64,000 bases of DNA from Octopus sinensis (taxonomy: Eukaryota): contig NC_043012.1 of the NCBI RefSeq assembly GCF_006345805.1, forward strand, positions 40,114,001 through 40,178,000, in the 5' to 3' direction. Each line of letters opens with the position of its first letter. Positions within the stretch are counted from its first letter, which is position 1. The translations under genes were made by a program, and so were the position numbers. Shown here piece by piece: positions 36,306-48,571 of the stretch. A model generated the notes under the pieces. It saw only the letters and a list, made by a program, of their open reading frames with translations, was not told the DNA's origin and made no database searches.

Positions 36306-36662
36306 GGCAGGGAGATAACTAACTTCATTTTGAAAGAAATTTTGCAGAATTAACAAGTTGCTTCTATATATGTGTGTGTGCGTGTATATATATGTGTGTA
36401 TAAAGTAACTTGTATTTGTATGCTTGTTTATTAGTGTCTACTCGTGTGTGTGTGTAGGTTCCCCAAAGCATGTCATAACTCGGTCAAATGAAGTATTATT
36501 CACTTAAAGTGCTCAATGAGTAATTAAAACTTAAACAGGGTCACAACCAAAGTCAAATGTGAAAGAAATAAAAGAGAAAAAATGAATTCCGGATCAACCA
36601 GAGATGATGTATGTATGTATTACACGGAAATTTCTGAAAGAATAGGATTACATAACCCATAA

Positions 36663-36708
<46 letters not shown>

Positions 36709-37035
36709 CCAAGTATATATGATATGTCTATGATACTAATCACATTGAATGTTAATGGTATTGAGTTCTTCAGTGTTTTTGTACTGCATTAACAAAAGGT
36801 ATATGCATATGTGCATGTATATATATATATGTGTGTGTTTGTGGGGGGTATGTATATATGTGTATATATGTATATACTCAGACATATATATTTGGTAATT
36901 CTTATATATATATATGTATACATAGTGCAATGGGTAAATTTTTAATTTCGTGCATGTGCATTGTTTGTTTTTGATTTTGTCAACTACACAGTGTAGTAGG
37001 GTCAGTTGGGCACTGTCTGTAAGAAAAACAGCACC

Positions 37036-37753
37036 ATGATGCAATTCAGTCAGCCAGAAATTTGGAAACAACATGCTGTACTGCTTGGCATTTGTGTCAG
37101 AAGCTCCAATATGAACATTTTGGTCTGTTTGATTGCCAATCTGAGGACAGTGAAATCTGGGGGCATGTACCGAGAGTGATAAAAATCAAACATCAAATCA
37201 ACGACATCATGTGTGGATAGTGATGGTGACATTATGCCTCCATTCATCTTCCCACACAGCCTCCGACTCAACACAGAGGCTTACATCAAGTACCTTGAGG
37301 AGGTAGTGCTGCCCTGGATCAAGAGGGTGGCTACTGGAAGACCCTATGTCTGGCAACAGGACTCTATACAACAGCACACAAGCAGGAGAACCTAGTCGTG
37401 GCTGTCAGACGATTTCTGCAACTACATTACCCCTAACATCTGGTCATCTAACTCCCCAGACTGCAACCCACTCGATTAGTATATGTGGGGCACAGTTGAG
37501 CAAGAGGCCAAAAAAAACTCTTTGTAACACCAAAGATGAACTCAAGGTAAGGATTATGGCAGCACTCACCAACTTAAACAAGGAGATTCTAAAGTCGTCT
37601 GGAGGTCGTGGTTGAAGCCAATGGCGATTTTATTGAATAAATTTACTCTTTAGTATTTCAAGATATTTTTGATAAATATATCTGTTAAAATGAGATGTCA
37701 GTGTTATTTTCATTTTTGCATAATTTAGACAACAATTCATTCACTGCACCCTG
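37036..37753 (+). mobile_element. maT (DD37D) transposon, internally deleted
   Basis: N-terminus MMQFSQPEIWKQHAVLLG.. fused to DGDIMPPFIFPH..YVWQQD-(37 aa)-D (SPDCNPLD)..EANGDFIE*; right TIR TTCACTGCACCCTG. Confidence 0.85.
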
Positions 37754-38285
37754 TGTATGAGAATTGGATTCTAAGAATCAAGTAGAACACATCATACATC
37801 ATTGTTTGACTCAATGCATATGTAAGTATTGTATGAATGTGTGTGTGTGTGTACATGTCTACATCAAAGTTGGTGATGTCATTCTAAGTGGATTATGAAA
37901 CAGCTGTAACCTCCACAGAATTATTAAAATTCATCTTGCCTCTTATTTCTCCTTATGTTTGTGTGTGTGTTTGTGTTTGTGTGTGTGTTTGTGTGTTTAT
38001 ATATATATATATATATATGAGTGAGAGAGAAGAAAGATATATGAAGTTATACGGTTGAATTCATAGGAAACGAAATGCTCACTTCTGGAAATAGAGTTAT
38101 GTTTTTATGTTTTACTGGAATGTAAATCGTCTGAAGTCATTGCTCCAAGTATCTTTTTCCAAACTCTGAACAATTATTAAGTGTTGAATCTAAGAAAGAT
38201 ATTTAAAACTCACATCATGGAGATACTTCGATATTTTGGCAATTTTTGATTGCATAAACTTGAAAAAACATGTCTTTATAATTAC

Positions 38286-38665
38286 TTTTCTTTTACTTGT
38301 TTCAGTCATGTGACTGTGGCCATGCTGGAGCACCACCTTTAGTCGAGCAAATCGACCCCAGGACTTATTCTTTGTAAGCCTAGTACTTATTCTATCGGTC
38401 TCTTTTGCTAAGTCACTGGGACGTAAACTCACCAACATCGGTTGTCAAGCGACACTGGTGGGACAGACACAGACACACAGATATATACACACACATACAC
38501 ATATATACGACGGGCTTCTTTCAGTTTCCGTCTACCAAATCCACTCACAAGGCATTGGTCGGCCCAAGGCTATAGTAGAAGACCCAAGGCGCCATGCAGT
38601 GGGACTGAACCCGGAACCATGTGGTTGGTAAGCAAGCTACTTACCACACAGCCACTCCTACACCT
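38286..38665 (-). mobile_element. Family A SINE
   Basis: Full-length, low divergence. Confidence 0.9.
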
Positions 38666-38704
38666 GTATTGTTTTCTAATTATGTATTCATCCATTCAAA
38701 GTGT

Positions 38705-39075
38705 GACTATGCAGGTGCATCTTGGGCAAGCATCTTCTACTATGGCCTCAAACTGACCAAAGCTTTGAGAGTGGATTTGGTAAGATGGAAACTGAAAGAA
38801 GCCTATCATGTGTGTGTGTGTGAGTATATTTATATAGCTGTGTGTGTGTGTATGCCTTTGTGTTGGTGTTTGTCCCCACCACCACTTCAAAACAAGTGTT
38901 GGTTTGTTTATGTCCCTGTAATTTAGCAGCTCAGCAAAAAGAGACTGATATGATAAGTACCAGGTTTGAAGAAAAACATGAATACCGGGATTGATTCATT
39001 TGACTGAATGCTCTTCAAGGTGGTGCCCCAGCATGGCCGCAGTCCAATAACCGAAACGGAAAAAAGATAAAGAAA
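38705..39075 (+). mobile_element. Family A SINE, 5'-truncated and diverged
   Basis: CTTGGGCAAG core to the GGTGGTGCCCCAGCATGGCCGCAG tail. Confidence 0.8.
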
Positions 39076-39542
39076 TTTAATCCTTTTATACAAAATAAAG
39101 GAGCTATGACATAGCTGGAGTGTTGTATGTCACCCCACCCCTACCCCCACACCATACAAGCTTATACAACAGACACAAAAGTACCACCCCTGCAAGGGTT
39201 TTGCCTGCAATGGGCCACCCTATCTTTCATTCCAGCAGCACTATTAGTTAAGAGTATTGTTGGGTAGGGAAAAGAAGAACGATGAGGAGAGGGAAAGGGA
39301 AAAGAAATTAGGGTAAATATGTGAATTAGGGAGAGTCGGCTTATACTGGTGTGGATTGTAATTAAGCTAAGAAAAATCAGTTCTCAAAATTATTAATTGG
39401 AGTTTTAATGAAAATGTTATTTATTCAAAGCATAGATGTTAATCAGTTTCTTGGGATAATGACAAGGAGGAGCTAAAAGAAGACATAAAGACCATGTATA
39501 AATGCGTTTAAATACAGTATGTGTATGTATGTATATATATAT

Positions 39543-39828
39543 AAAACAACTTATAAGTAAGGGCTAAAGAAAATTATTTCTATGCCAATATGCTGATAAC
39601 AGACTTTTAAATCATCAATTTCCACATATAATTTACTCACTACAGAAGTCAGACTCCTAGAAATAACAAACTTTTTTTTAAAATTCTATTGGCTGGCTTT
39701 CCTCGATTTCAGCTCTACGTGTTTTCTGTAGCGAGTAAATAATATGTGGAAATTGACGATTTAAAAGTCTGTTATCAGCATATTGGCATAGAAATAATTT
39801 TCTTTAGCCCTTGTTTATAAGTTGTTTA
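39543..39828. mobile_element. TA-flanked MITE with ~105-bp TIRs
   Basis: 39543-39647 is the reverse complement of 39724-39828 with few mismatches; 76-bp spacer. Confidence 0.9.
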
Positions 39829-39939
39829 TAATTTTAACCATAAAGGTATTTTAATATGCTGCCACATATTTTGATGAATTTTTTTTCTGTAAAAAAACTT
39901 CATCCTATATTAGTAGTATATATATATATATATATCTTG

Positions 39940-40128
39940 AGAATTTACAAAAATACAAAAGACAAAGACGGGTGTGTAAACAACAAATGAATGTATTAGT
40001 TTAATGCTCAGGAAGTGAGAAAGTCTTTTACGTTTCGAGCCTATGCTCTTCGACAGAAAGGAACACAGAAATAAACAGGGAAAGAAAATAAAAAAGGCTT
40101 AGTGGCTAGCGATCTATCATGGCGAATG

Positions 40129-40131
<3 letters not shown>
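39940..40131 (-). mobile_element. Short Penelope-like repeat H2
   Basis: Homologous to 62100-62262 and 63131-63300; flanked by (TA)n on both sides. Confidence 0.7.
40025..40060 (-). ncRNA. Minimal hammerhead-like motif with variant core
   Basis: CTTT-CTGTCGA-A-GAGC(ATAG)GCTC-GAAA-C-GTA-AAAG: perfect stems I and II, ACGT palindrome at stem III, GUA site. Confidence 0.55.
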
Positions 40132-40172
<41 letters not shown>

Positions 40173-40194
40173 GCTTTCTTTTTTTTTTTCTTTG

Positions 40195-40555
40195 TTTTCA
40201 TCATCATTTTGACTGTGGCCATGCTGTGACACCGCCTTTTAGTCAAAGAAATCGACTCCAGAACTTATTCTTTGTAAGCCTGATACTTTTGCTGAAGGAA
40301 CATAACACACCAACATTGGTTGTCAAGTGATGGTAGAGGAACAAACACAGACACAAACACACAAATATATATATATATATATATACATATATACGACAGG
40401 CTTCTTTCAGTTTCTGTCTACCAAATCCACTCACAAGGTTTTGGTTGGCTCAAGGCTATAGTAGAAGACACTTACCCAAGGTTCCACACAGTGGGAGTGA
40501 ACCCAGAACCATGTGGTTGGGAAGCAAGCTTCTTACCACACAGCCATGCCTGCAC
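40195..40555 (-). mobile_element. Family A SINE
   Basis: Full-length; the head end is partly duplicated at 40558-40580. Confidence 0.85.
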
Positions 40556-40948
40556 CTAGCTTCTTACCACACAGCTACACCTATATATTAAAAGATGAAA
40601 TGGCTAAGTCCATCTTGACATAAAGGTCAAAAACCTGAACTAATAACCACAAAGTGATGTCACTGAAGCAACAAAGACTCTTTGACAGGCGCTGTGATTG
40701 AAGTCCAAAACAAGGTTATTGAACCGATGACATGGTGCCTGTTCAGTTTCTTCTGCAAACTCATGTTGAAAAGAAGCCACAGATGTCAATAAGATCTGCC
40801 CACACCACCACCACCACCACCAATTCTCTTTCATTCATCCAGAGAAAGCTGAACAACGTTGTGTCATATCAATCATACGGGTGAACCCATACATTGAACT
40901 AGGAGGAATGCTAGCAAAGATAGCAAAGATTTATAAATTTTACTGCTT

Positions 40949-41048
40949 NNNNNNNNNNNNNNNNNNNNNNNNNNNNNNNNNNNNNNNNNNNNNNNNNNNN
41001 NNNNNNNNNNNNNNNNNNNNNNNNNNNNNNNNNNNNNNNNNNNNNNNN
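40949..41048. other. Assembly gap (100 N)
   Basis: A run of exactly 100 N, typical of a scaffolding join of unknown size. Confidence 0.99.
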
Positions 41049-41145
41049 TATGATATATGTATATACATATATGTATATATATAAATATATGTATATACAT
41101 ATATGTATATATATAAATATATGTATATACATATATGTATATACA
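41049..41145. repeat. ~30-bp TA-rich satellite unit (left flank of the LINE)
   Basis: ATATAAATATATGTATATACATATATGTAT repeats; same unit as 44197-45360. Confidence 0.85.
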
Positions 41146-44100
41146 CACCAAAAAATATTTCTACTGAATGTAGGAGGGCTGCTGCACGGAAACTGTAAAA
41201 AGAAAATTTCATTCCTGAGAGACCTTGTGACATGCAATCAAGCTATATGCATGGCACTCACAGAAACGCATCTTGAACCCGATATAGGTGATGCCAGAAA
41301 TACACATGCCGCAATATGCAGTCATACGCACAGATAGAAAAGGGAGGAGCCATGGGAGTTGCAATGTACATCCGAGATGACCTCACGCCCCAGGTCCTGC
41401 TGTCATATTCAAACTCAGTATGTGAAACTCAAATTGTACACATAAGACAACTGAATATCGTCATATGCACTACATATCGCCCACCAGACGCCCCAAAACA
41501 CTCAGGCATGTTGTTGAAGACTGCCTAACAAAAGTAGGAGAAGTCCTCACCAACCTTGAACAGCACAACAGTGTATTCTTCATGGGTGACTTTAACCTCC
41601 CCAATGTGGAATGGCCTGGGGGGCAGATGCTCCCAGGGATGACACACCATCAGCAGGCACAGGTGGAGTCCCTGCTCCATCTCACAAATACCTCTTTCAT
41701 GGAGCAAATAGTTCTGCAACCAACAAGGCAGATAATATACTGGATCTCTGCTTCACAAACAATATGGATATTATCCATAATGTTAATGTGATGCCGACAA
41801 TGATCTCGGATCACAACATAATAGAGCTGTCTATGTATGGAACAAAAGCCCCAGCAGACACACAGCCTATACGAAGCACCTACCATCTCTCCAACTTAAA
41901 CTTTCATAAAGCCAACTGGAAGTCGATTGAGAAAGAGATCCTCAAACAGGATTGGCCTGAATGTCTCTCCACACCGGACATAAACATGAAACACAAACAC
42001 TTCATGTCCATAATACAAGCCATATGTGACAAATATGTCCCAATGTGCAGGGCCAGCACACAAGAACAAAAACAGGATCCCTAGAGAAAGGAGGATTCTT
42101 ATGAGACGACGGACAAGGATTGCAAACCGCCTGAGCAAGCACACCAAAAGTGGTGAGAAGTCTCGGCTTCAAAGAATGCTAATGGAAACTGAGAAAAGTC
42201 TACATCAGTCCCATGAAAAGGAGAGAGCAGATAAAGAAGCTTGGGTAATAGAAAATATAAAATCAAACCCTAAAGCTTTCTTTAAGTTTGCCAAAGAGAC
42301 AGCCACAGTGCACCAGAGAATAGGACCTCTCTTCAAAAAGATGGCTCTCTCACAGGAAATCCCACGGGATAAGTGAAATACTGAACGAACAGTTCCAAAG
42401 TGTGTTCACTACACCTCTAGGACACAGGCAAGTAAACAACCCAGAAGAATTCTTTGCCACTTTACCAGCGGCCAAAGAGACAAAAATTGAGTACATCAAC
42501 ATCGAAGAAGATGATATCACACTAGCCATTGATGAGATTGACACAAAACTCAGCTGCTGGACCTGATGGATTCCCAGCGATCCTTCTCAAATCGTGCAAA
42601 CGAGCCCTTGCAAAACCGCTACAGCTTCTTTTTCAGAGCTTTCTTGCAAGTGGTAAGCTCCCAGTCAAACTGAAAGAGGGGGTAATATGTCCTATCCATA
42701 AGGGAGGTAGCAGAGCAGATGCTAAAAATTATAGGCCTATCTCTCTGACCTCACACATCAGCAAAGTCATGGAACGAATAGTCCGTAAGAAACTAATCAT
42801 GTTCCTTGAAGAAAATGACTTACTGTCTGACACCCAGCATGGATTTCGACCAGGTAGAGGCTGCCTAACACAGCTCCTGCAACACTATGACTGGGTGTTG
42901 AAACAGCTACTAAATGGCTCAAATGTGGACGTAATATATCTTGACTTTGCAAAAGCCTTTGATAAAGTCGACCATGGTATGATCTGTCACAAACTGCGTG
43001 GTCTCGGCATAGGCGGGAAACTTGGAGAGTGGCTGCACAACTTCCTAAAAGACAGAAAACAGGCAGTTGTGAGCAATGGAGCCACCTCCAGGGAAACGCA
43101 AATAACAAGCGGTGTCCCACAGGGCACTGTCTTGGGGCCACTGATGTTCATAGTGGCCCTTTCAGACATGCCTTCAATTGCTACGATGACCACCCTTGCT
43201 AGCTATGCAGATGACACAAAAGTCTCCCACGCAATACAAAACCCTGAAAATATTGCGCATCTGCAACATGAGCTGGACACAATATACAGGTGGGCTGAGG
43301 ACAACAACATGCAGTTTAATGCAGGTAAGTTCCAGGCCCTGCGCTACTGGCACACAAAGGTAAATGACGTGAAGACTGGATACACTGGCCCAGGAAGAAT
43401 TGCAATCCCTGAGTCAAAATCAGTGCGTGACCTGGGCATTGACATGAGCAATGATGCATCTTTCCAAATGCATATTGCTAATCTGGTGATAAAATGCAGA
43501 CGGCTAGCTGGATGGATTCTCCGAACTTTCAGAACAAGAGAGAAGGAGACACTGATGTCCTATGGAAAACATTTGTCCTCAGCCGCTTGGACTACTGCTC
43601 CCAACTTTGGTCACCACACAATATAAAACAAACAGCAGAACTCGAAGCAACTCAGAGAAGCTACACAAAGAAAATCGTCTCAATGCAAAATGTCAGCTAC
43701 TGGGAAAGACTGAAGGTATTAAACCTCTTCTCCCTGGAGCGGAGGCGGGAGAGATATGCAGTGATATACATCTGGAAAATCCTGGAGGGTCTTGTCCCAA
43801 ACTTTGGCATTCAAAGTTACTCCAACCGCAGAATGGGGCGCCGCTGCGTGGTGCCAAGGATTCCAACATCACCATCAAAATACAGGTCCAGATACTGCAA
43901 CAGCTTGGGTTTCAGAGGACCACAGCTCTTTAACATCTTCCCTAAATGCCTGAGAGACTTACATGGTGTGGATGTGGGTTTCTTTAAAACTAAACTGGAT
44001 CTCTTCTTGTTGGGAGTCCCAGATGAACCTACCTCACGACAGGAGACACGGATGCGGGCAGCAGCATCGAACTCCCTTGTTGATCAAGTGCCACGTATCA

Positions 44101-44196
44101 GAGGTGGATTCACAAACTAGTGTAGCTCATTCAGCGGTGGTGCCCCAGCATGACCGCGGCCTTCGGGCTAAAACATTTTTAAGGATTTAAGGATTT
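41146..44196 (+). mobile_element. CR1-group non-LTR retrotransposon, near-complete ORF2 (APE endonuclease + reverse transcriptase) and 3' UTR
   Basis: APE motifs LNVGGL, LTETHL, YRPP, MGDFNLP, LDLCF, SDHN. RT motifs NYRPISLTS, QHGFRPGR, YLDFAKAFDKVDH, GVPQGTVLGP, YADDT, RDLG. C-terminal LERRRERY..RAAASNSLVDQ, stop at 44120, short 3' UTR and (TTAAGGA)2 tail. About 9 frameshifts. Confidence 0.95.
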
Positions 44197-45430
44197 ATAT
44201 ATATATATATATATAAATATATGTATATACATATATGTATATATATATATGTATATAAATATATGTATATACATATATGTATATATATATATGTATATAA
44301 ATATATGTATATACATATATGTATATATATATATATATATATATAAATATATGTATATACATATATGTATATATATAATATGTATATATATAAATATATG
44401 TATATATATAAATATATGTATATACATATATGTATATATATATATATGTATATATATAAATATATGTATATACATATATGTATGTATATATATAAATATA
44501 TGTATATACATATATGTATGTATATATATAATAATGTATATACATATATGTATATACATATATGTATGTATATATATAAATATATGTATATACATATATG
44601 TATGTATATATATAAATATATGTATATACATATATGTATGTATATATATAAATATATGTATATACATATATGTATATATATATATATATAGTATATATAT
44701 AATATATGTATATACATATTTGTATGTATATACATATATGTATATATATATATTATTATATATATATGTATATATATATATATAATAAATATATGTATAA
44801 CATATGTATATATATATGTATATATATATATAAATATATATATGTATTACATATATGTATATATATATGTATATATATATATAAATATATGTATATACAT
44901 ATATGTATAATATATATGTATATATATATATAAATATATGTATATACATATGTATATATATATATGTATATATATATAAATATATGTATATACATATATG
45001 TATATATATATGTATATATATATATATATAATAAATATATATATATGTATATATATATATAAATAAATATATGTATATACATATATATATATGTATGTAT
45101 ATATATATATATATAAATATATGTAATATATATATATATAAATAATGTATATAAATATATAATATATATATATGTATATACATATATATATAATTATGTA
45201 TGTTATACATATATATATATATGTATGTATATACATAATATATATATGTATGTATATATATATATATAAAATATATGAATATACATATATGTATATATAT
45301 ATATGTATACATATATATGCAAGTGTTTACTGTCTATATATGTATATGCATATATATATATAAAAGGAGCAAAAATACTGGAAATATATATATATACACA
45401 TACACACACACATATATACACACACATGCA
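44197..45430. repeat. TA-rich satellite and microsatellite
   Basis: The same ~30-bp unit decaying into (TA)n. Confidence 0.95.
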
Positions 45431-46849
45431 TATTTAGTTAGATAACAGACTAATTGCTCTACAGATACACACATATGTGCACACAAACGTTTGTATCTTT
45501 TTATGCATTCATACCCACACCCCCGTACCCACACCCATGCCATATCGGTTATGCAGTGTAAATCATTGACCTGTTCTTACTAAAGTTAGAGCCAAAATCT
45601 CTCCAACTAAACAGAATCCAAGCTTTGAGATCAAAGACAATTCTGATAGCAGTGGCATGGATCACCTCATACAATAAATTGCAGCACACACTCACCAATA
45701 CATATATATATGTATATATATGTATGTATACATTCAAATCCATACATAGACAGAGAGAGAGAGAGAGACACACACACAAACGCACACGCATATACTCGCT
45801 CATGCACACATATACTTGCACTCAAATAATCTGCAAGATACTGACATTTAATGGAAGCCATCACAGAAAACACAATATTGGCTGGGTTTCTCGCAAATGT
45901 AAAATGTGGGAAGAGGCTTAACATTAGTCCAGACAGATTTTGAATGTCATATCACTGAGACAGCATTTGGCAAACAACACCTACACAATCAAATACGTCA
46001 ACGAAATGTACTCAAAAGATTAGAAACAATATCGTCCAAATTGAGGCTCATTCCTCAAGAAATGCTTACTTCATGAAGATACCCTTTGTGGCAAAACAGA
46101 ATCATATGGCAAAGACATCTTACAAGTAGATAGTGGTAACAGTGACAGATACGTTTTGGTGTGACTGGATCTCATCAGTGCTGTAAATTCAGCAAGAAGC
46201 TAATTGATAATAATCAAGCTTTTGTCTAATGAGACAAAAGATTTTGCACAAACAATGAGAGTTGCAAAGATATTTGGTTAGAAATAATTTGTATAATATT
46301 AAAGAGAATTAAGCTCTGAGAAATAATTCAACGAAGCCAATGACATGAATTAATATAAAGTAATTGATGTAAATTAATGGTATATACCAAATTTAGCTCT
46401 TGGTTGAAGAAAGGCTGAAAGTAGGCTTCATCTGAACTTGTGATTGTTGTTTCATGTAACAAACCAAGACATTTCAAAAGATATGCGAAGACAAGGAAAC
46501 TCTTAAGATGCTCGCAAAAATTTCGTGTTACATGTTTGAAAGACATTACTTATCATTTGTACTTGCGATGACATTCACCCAGATGGGTTGTGCCAGCTCT
46601 GACTAATGGGGGCGTTCAGAGTTTAATTGGGGATACAAGTTCACATGTGGTACCTGGTCACTTGCATACCATTGTGCTTAGGTGCCCTTGAGCACAAGGC
46701 CCTGTTGACCAGGAGGGCGTGGCTTCTTCCAGCCTACAAAAATTTTTAGGATGAATTTTTCAATTGTCAAACATTCAAATGTTTTTCTTAAAAATTATAA
46801 AAATGAAATTAATAATGTGAATGCTTTTACACATTATTTTTTAACATAG

Positions 46850-46923
46850 GTAAGGGCCCTCATAAGTAAGGATCCTCATAATTTAGCTATCATAGGGCCT
46901 CGTTTGTCCTAAATCCAGCACTG
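46850..46923. mobile_element. Possible hAT-like MITE terminus
   Basis: ..AGGGCCTCGTTTGTCCTAAATCCAGCACTG end with repeated GGGCCC-like motifs; a similar start CAGGGTCAAATTAAAG..GAGGCCCT at 62037. Confidence 0.3.
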
Positions 46924-47134
46924 CTTGTGTACACACTTTAGAATAGTGTGATCCGTTGCAGATCATCTTGCCTTTGTTGACTGTCACGGAGGATTCGCTG
47001 ACCAAATCACTGCAGACTATCGGAGGAGACTTAGCCTGGATTTTGTGAAAGACGTTACATAAAAGATGAGTAGAAAATGGAAAATGTCTGTAGTGAGACA
47101 AAATTATTGTATCAGGCTTTAAGAAATGGTGTAA

Positions 47135-47325
47135 GAAATTCTCTTTTACAACAAAATGATATCTTATAATACATTTGCCATACCAGTAATAGTAACACCA
47201 TTTGGGATTGTTAGCTGATCAGTAGAAGAAATCTGCAAAATAGATATTAATAGTTGCAACAACTTGGAATCTTGTACAGAAACAGTGATATGGACAGATT
47301 CTATCTTAGAATGAATGACAGGTGC
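47135..47325 (+). mobile_element. R4/Dong-like LINE RT thumb-region remnant
   Basis: YNKMISYNTFAIPVIVTPFGIVS*SVEEICKID...RNSDMDRFYL, matching NTFAIPV..GI..W...DVDRLYL; probably extends, highly decayed, to about 45620. Confidence 0.6.
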
Positions 47326-47762
47326 TCAGACAGCCTTTGAGTGTTGTATAATATGACTTAGCATCTAGTAAAAAACAGCAAATAATAGTACATCAAGCAA
47401 AGGCTGAAAACTAAAAAGGACAGCATCTTATGGGTTGGAATGAACTCTTCAAAAGGTTATTCAGTTCCTGGTGGTGTTCCATGCAACTTCAGAATTATTA
47501 GACTAGTGTACATTAACAAGAACATGCAGGTGAAACAAAACACTCTACCTAGCTAAATAAAAAGCTTATACATGGAGTATTTTTATAGTAAATTTGATGA
47601 AGTTGGTGATAGCATCAGAAAGTGAGGTAACTCCCGACAGTTGCATTATGAAGATTAGGCATCTATAATCCAAGAGCCAGAGATAGCTACAAAATATCTC
47701 CTGAATGGGAAAGAGATTGAAGCTATAAAAAATTTCTGAGATACAACCAAAAATATTGGTTA

Positions 47763-48161
47763 CTAGCAGTATCGCCCGGCGTTGCTCGGGTTTGTAAGGG
47801 AAATAACTATATAAGCATTTTTAGAGATGTAAAGTATAATAGCCATCTCAATATGGCTAACCACAAAGGGGGTTGTTACTGTAGCTTTTTATGTTCTGAG
47901 ACTTAATAATACATTTTTAGAGAGTTACTTCCCTTATATAATAGCAAAAAAAATATATTAAAAATGGGAAAAAATTATGGTAAATTTTTTTTTAAATCGT
48001 AGACACATCGTAGATGCGCGCTAATACCCAGAAGGGCTCGATATGAATCACGACTATAAGATACCCGCTTTTGGTTACACTGCACCGCAAAATGTGGGAG
48101 TAGTTAGGAATCTAAATCGTAGGAGACAGACAGCACACAACCTCACTTTTATATATAAAGA
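47763..48161 (-). mobile_element. Complete non-autonomous Helitron (399 bp)
   Basis: Minus strand A|TC start, GC-rich hairpin CCCGAGCAACGCCGGG near the end, CTAG|T terminus, no TSD. Confidence 0.9.
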
Positions 48162-48294
48162 TGTCACATTTCTGAGGAAAATATTAAAACATGTAATCAG
48201 TAATTGCCAAAAATATCATTAGGATGTCATCTTTCGATGTGACACTTTGTTGTTTTGTTGTTGCTAAAACAATAGCATTTCTCAGGTTAAGGCA

Positions 48295-48556
48295 CTTGGT
48301 GATCCTCTCAATGTTGGTGCCACATAAAAAGCTCTGGCATTGGTACCACATAAAAAGGGTTGGTGCTGGTGTCGTGAAAAAAGCACCCAGCATACTCTGT
48401 AAAGTGGTTGGCATTAGGAAGGACATCCAGCTGTAGAAGCCATGCCTGAAACAGATGACTGGAGCTTTGTGCAACTCCTGACCTTGCTGGCACCTGTCAA
48501 ACTGTCCAACCCATGCCAGCATGGAAAACAGAACATTAAATGATGATGATGATGAT
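48295..48556 (+). mobile_element. Family C retroposon 3' module
   Basis: Short GTGCC/GTACCACATAAAA units, V-like box and (GAT)n tail. Confidence 0.8.
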
Positions 48557-48571
48557 GTGTGTGTGTATCCT

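Noticed and set aside
40873-41237. ORFs spanning the N run
   Set aside because: Artefacts of translating through the assembly gap; the sequences on either side are not known to be contiguous.
45620-46600. Possible RT motifs upstream of the R4/Dong-like relic (AVAWI, LDL..A.NS, DDI)
   Set aside because: Too decayed to align by eye with confidence; needs a profile-HMM or frameshift-aware search.
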